Below are positions 62,629-64,000 of a stretch of DNA of 64,000 nucleotides, one piece after another. The stretch covers positions 7,486 through 71,485 of the forward strand of contig JAIPEX010000002.1 of assembly GCA_021736945.1 (NCBI GenBank), written 5' to 3'. The notes beneath the pieces were generated by a model that saw only the letters and a list, made by a program, of their open reading frames with translations, made no database searches and was not told the origin of the DNA. How positions within the stretch are numbered: position 1 is the stretch's first letter; every line of letters begins with the position of its first letter. The DNA comes from Halanaerobiales bacterium (GTDB taxonomy: Bacteria; Bacillota; Halanaerobiia; Halanaerobiales; M55B127). The position numbers and the translations under genes were made by a program.

Positions 62629-63342
62629 TTAATTTCTAATTTGGACTTCTACGTTTTCTTCTTTAAAAATATTTTTAAATTCATTTAGTTCTTCTTCAGA
62701 ATACCTTCTTTTACTTTTAAAATCAGGATTATTAACTTTATTGGGCCGAAAATTTTGAATGTAAAATTTATCAACCCCTGAAACTCTTTTGGCGATTTTT
62801 TTCATTATATTGTTATCATGCATTCCTGGCACTACTGTTGTTCTCATTTCAGTAATAATATTGTTAGATTTTTTTAATAACTCTATACTTCTATCTATAT
62901 TTTTAATTATAGCCTTATTTAATTTTATTCCACAAAACTTGTCATATTCCTTTATTGGCCCCTTTATATCCATTGCAATATAGTCTATTAAATTATTTTC
63001 AACAATTTTCTTCAGTAAATTATAATTTGTCCCGTTTGTATCTAACTTAATTAATAAACCATATTCTTTTATCTTTACTAAAAGATCATAGATAGACTCC
63101 TGTATTAAAGGTTCACCACCCGTAATAACAACTCCATCTATCAATCCAGACCTTTTATCTAAAAACTCCCATAAATTATCTAAATTTAAATACTCATTTT
63201 CATTAGTTTCAGATATCAATTCCGGATTATGACAATAGGGACAGTTCATATTACACCCTTGAGTAAATAAAACAGTAGCTATATTATCAGGATAATCTAT
63301 TAAAGATGTCTTCTGAATACCAGATATTTTTATATTATTCAC
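62629..63342 (-). CDS. nrdG: anaerobic ribonucleoside-triphosphate reductase activating protein (radical SAM)
   Basis: ISGIQKTSLIDYPD....VLFTQGCNMNCPYCHN (CxxxCxxC) and VVITGGEP. The likely start is the GTG at 63342, which overlaps the nrdD stop (GTGAATAA) and has AAAGGG about 9 nt upstream. The ORF-track start at 63393 is also a GTG, inside nrdD. Confidence 0.9.
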   Translation of the reverse strand: MNNIKISGIQKTSLIDYPDNIATVLFTQGCNMNCPYCHNPELISETNENEYLNLDNLWEFLDKRSGLIDGVVITGGEPLIQESIYDLLVKIKEYGLLIKLDTNGTNYNLLKKIVENNLIDYIAMDIKGPIKEYDKFCGIKLNKAIIKNIDRSIELLKKSNNIITEMRTTVVPGMHDNNIMKKIAKRVSGVDKFYIQNFRPNKVNNPDFKSKRRYSEEELNEFKNIFKEENVEVQIRN

Positions 63343-64000
63343 TTTGTTTAGCCCTTTCTTCTGCTTCACATTTTGGACAATAATGATGTTCACCTGCTAG
63401 ATAACCATGAACAGGACAAATACTAAAGGTAGGAGTAATTGTATAATATGGTAATTTGAAGTTTGCAGCAATTCTCCTAACCAGTTTTTTAGTACTTTCA
63501 GTACCATTTAATCTTTCTCCTAAAAATCCATGGAAAACTGTGTTATGAATAAATACTAATGTATTTTTACCAGCTAAATAATTATGGTGTTTTTCAGTTG
63601 TTAAATCATAGAATTGATTATCTTCAACACTTACCTTGTTAGTTTCTAAAACCTTAGTAACAGCAAATTGTTGTTTCTTTCGTTGCTTAGTCTCTTTGCT
63701 ATTATCCAGATTTAATTGTACTAAAATCTTCTCATCAAAATTAATTTTGAAAACTTTTTGAGTATCAGCATTATTTTTTATAGTTTTGTAAACTACTATA
63801 CCAGCCTTACTACATATTTCTAAAATATCATCAGCTAATTTTTCAGACTTAGTAAGGTATTCAATAACTTTATTATCAGAACTTTCTATTTCTAGTAAGC
63901 CAGATAAAAAGCTATATACATTATCTTGTGTTATTTGATCTTTAACTTTTTCTGAAATGCTGTCTTTATTAACCTTGTCTTTTAGATTAATATTATAACG
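63335..64000 (-). CDS. nrdD: anaerobic ribonucleoside-triphosphate reductase large subunit, 3-prime part (intein-interrupted; ends after the zinc ribbon, no glycyl-radical tail); 5-prime end off window
   Basis: My own translation of the open minus-strand frame gives ...HN/TVFHGFLGERLNGTESTKKLVRRIAANFKLPYYTITPTFSICPVHGYLAGEHHYCPKCEAEERAKQSE*. LPYYTITPTFSIC..HGYL.GEH..CPKC is the conserved NrdD C-terminal zinc-ribbon region. Confidence 0.9.
   Translation of the reverse strand, partial: RYNINLKDKVNKDSISEKVKDQITQDNVYSFLSGLLEIESSDNKVIEYLTKSEKLADDILEICSKAGIVVYKTIKNNADTQKVFKINFDEKILVQLNLDNSKETKQRKKQQFAVTKVLETNKVSVEDNQFYDLTTEKHHNYLAGKNTLVFIHNTVFHGFLGERLNGTESTKKLVRRIAANFKLPYYTITPTFSICPVHGYLAGEHHYCPKCEAEERAKQSE
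63542..64000 (-). mobile_element. intein (C-terminal ~150 aa seen) with a LAGLIDADG-type homing endonuclease domain, inserted in nrdD
   Basis: In frame with the nrdD extein I read:
- ...VYSFLSGLLEIESS..., a LAGLIDADG-like block.
- ...KSEKLADDILEICSKAGIVVY...
- ...VEDNQFYDLTTEKHHNYLAGKNTLVFIHN, which matches intein blocks F/G, followed by Thr(+1). Confidence 0.8.

Noticed and set aside
1-64000. Scan for CRISPR arrays, tRNA/rRNA genes, transposases or IS inverted repeats, prophage integrases, and toxin-antitoxin pairs.
   Set aside because: I found none by eye. The only direct repeats are the 3x8-nt leader repeat at 50410. The only mobile-element signature is the nrdD intein.

Overview
This is a 64 kb chromosomal segment of a low-GC, AT-rich Firmicute. 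The acidic proteins and gene order suggest a Halanaerobiales-like anaerobe, but that guess comes from composition only.

From 1 to about 48.6 kb almost everything is on the minus strand. The order follows the conserved Bacillus yqe/yqf-type housekeeping synteny:
- rpoD-dnaG, ppdK, glyQS, recO, era-cdd, ybeY-pgpH-phoH
- ccpN-glpX, nfeD-floA, mtaB-rsmE
- hrcA-grpE-dnaK-dnaJ with a perfect CIRCE operator
- lepA-hemW, rpsT, holA, comEC/comEA, udk
- a DnaD/DnaI-like helicase-loader pair
- leuS behind a Leu T-box
- nadD-yqeK-LCP-rsfS

From 48.6 to 64 kb the content is more accessory:
- a HutP-family RNA-binding regulator next to an attenuator-controlled ABC transporter
- a LacI-controlled sugar locus with GH13, an ABC importer and GH38
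- a class III ribonucleotide reductase locus at the window edge

I saw no rRNA, tRNA, CRISPR array or transposase.

The most unusual observations:
1. nrdD appears to be genetically split. The large ORF stops just after its zinc ribbon. nrdG follows with an overlapping start. A 47-aa ORF, too short for the ORF track, then encodes the canonical NrdD glycyl-radical motif (CEVYSRVVGY...WNDGK) behind a strong SD.
2. The same nrdD ORF carries an intein with a LAGLIDADG-type endonuclease domain. Its C-terminal splice junction reads ...VFIHN/T.
3. An orphan HutP homologue lies directly upstream of a near-consensus promoter. The leader after that promoter has three 8-nt direct repeats (UGGUAAUA UGGUAAUA UGGUAGGA). 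The third repeat is complementary to the 5-prime arm and loop of an intrinsic terminator preceding the ABC transporter.

All calls come from reading translations and motifs by eye. No database search was run.
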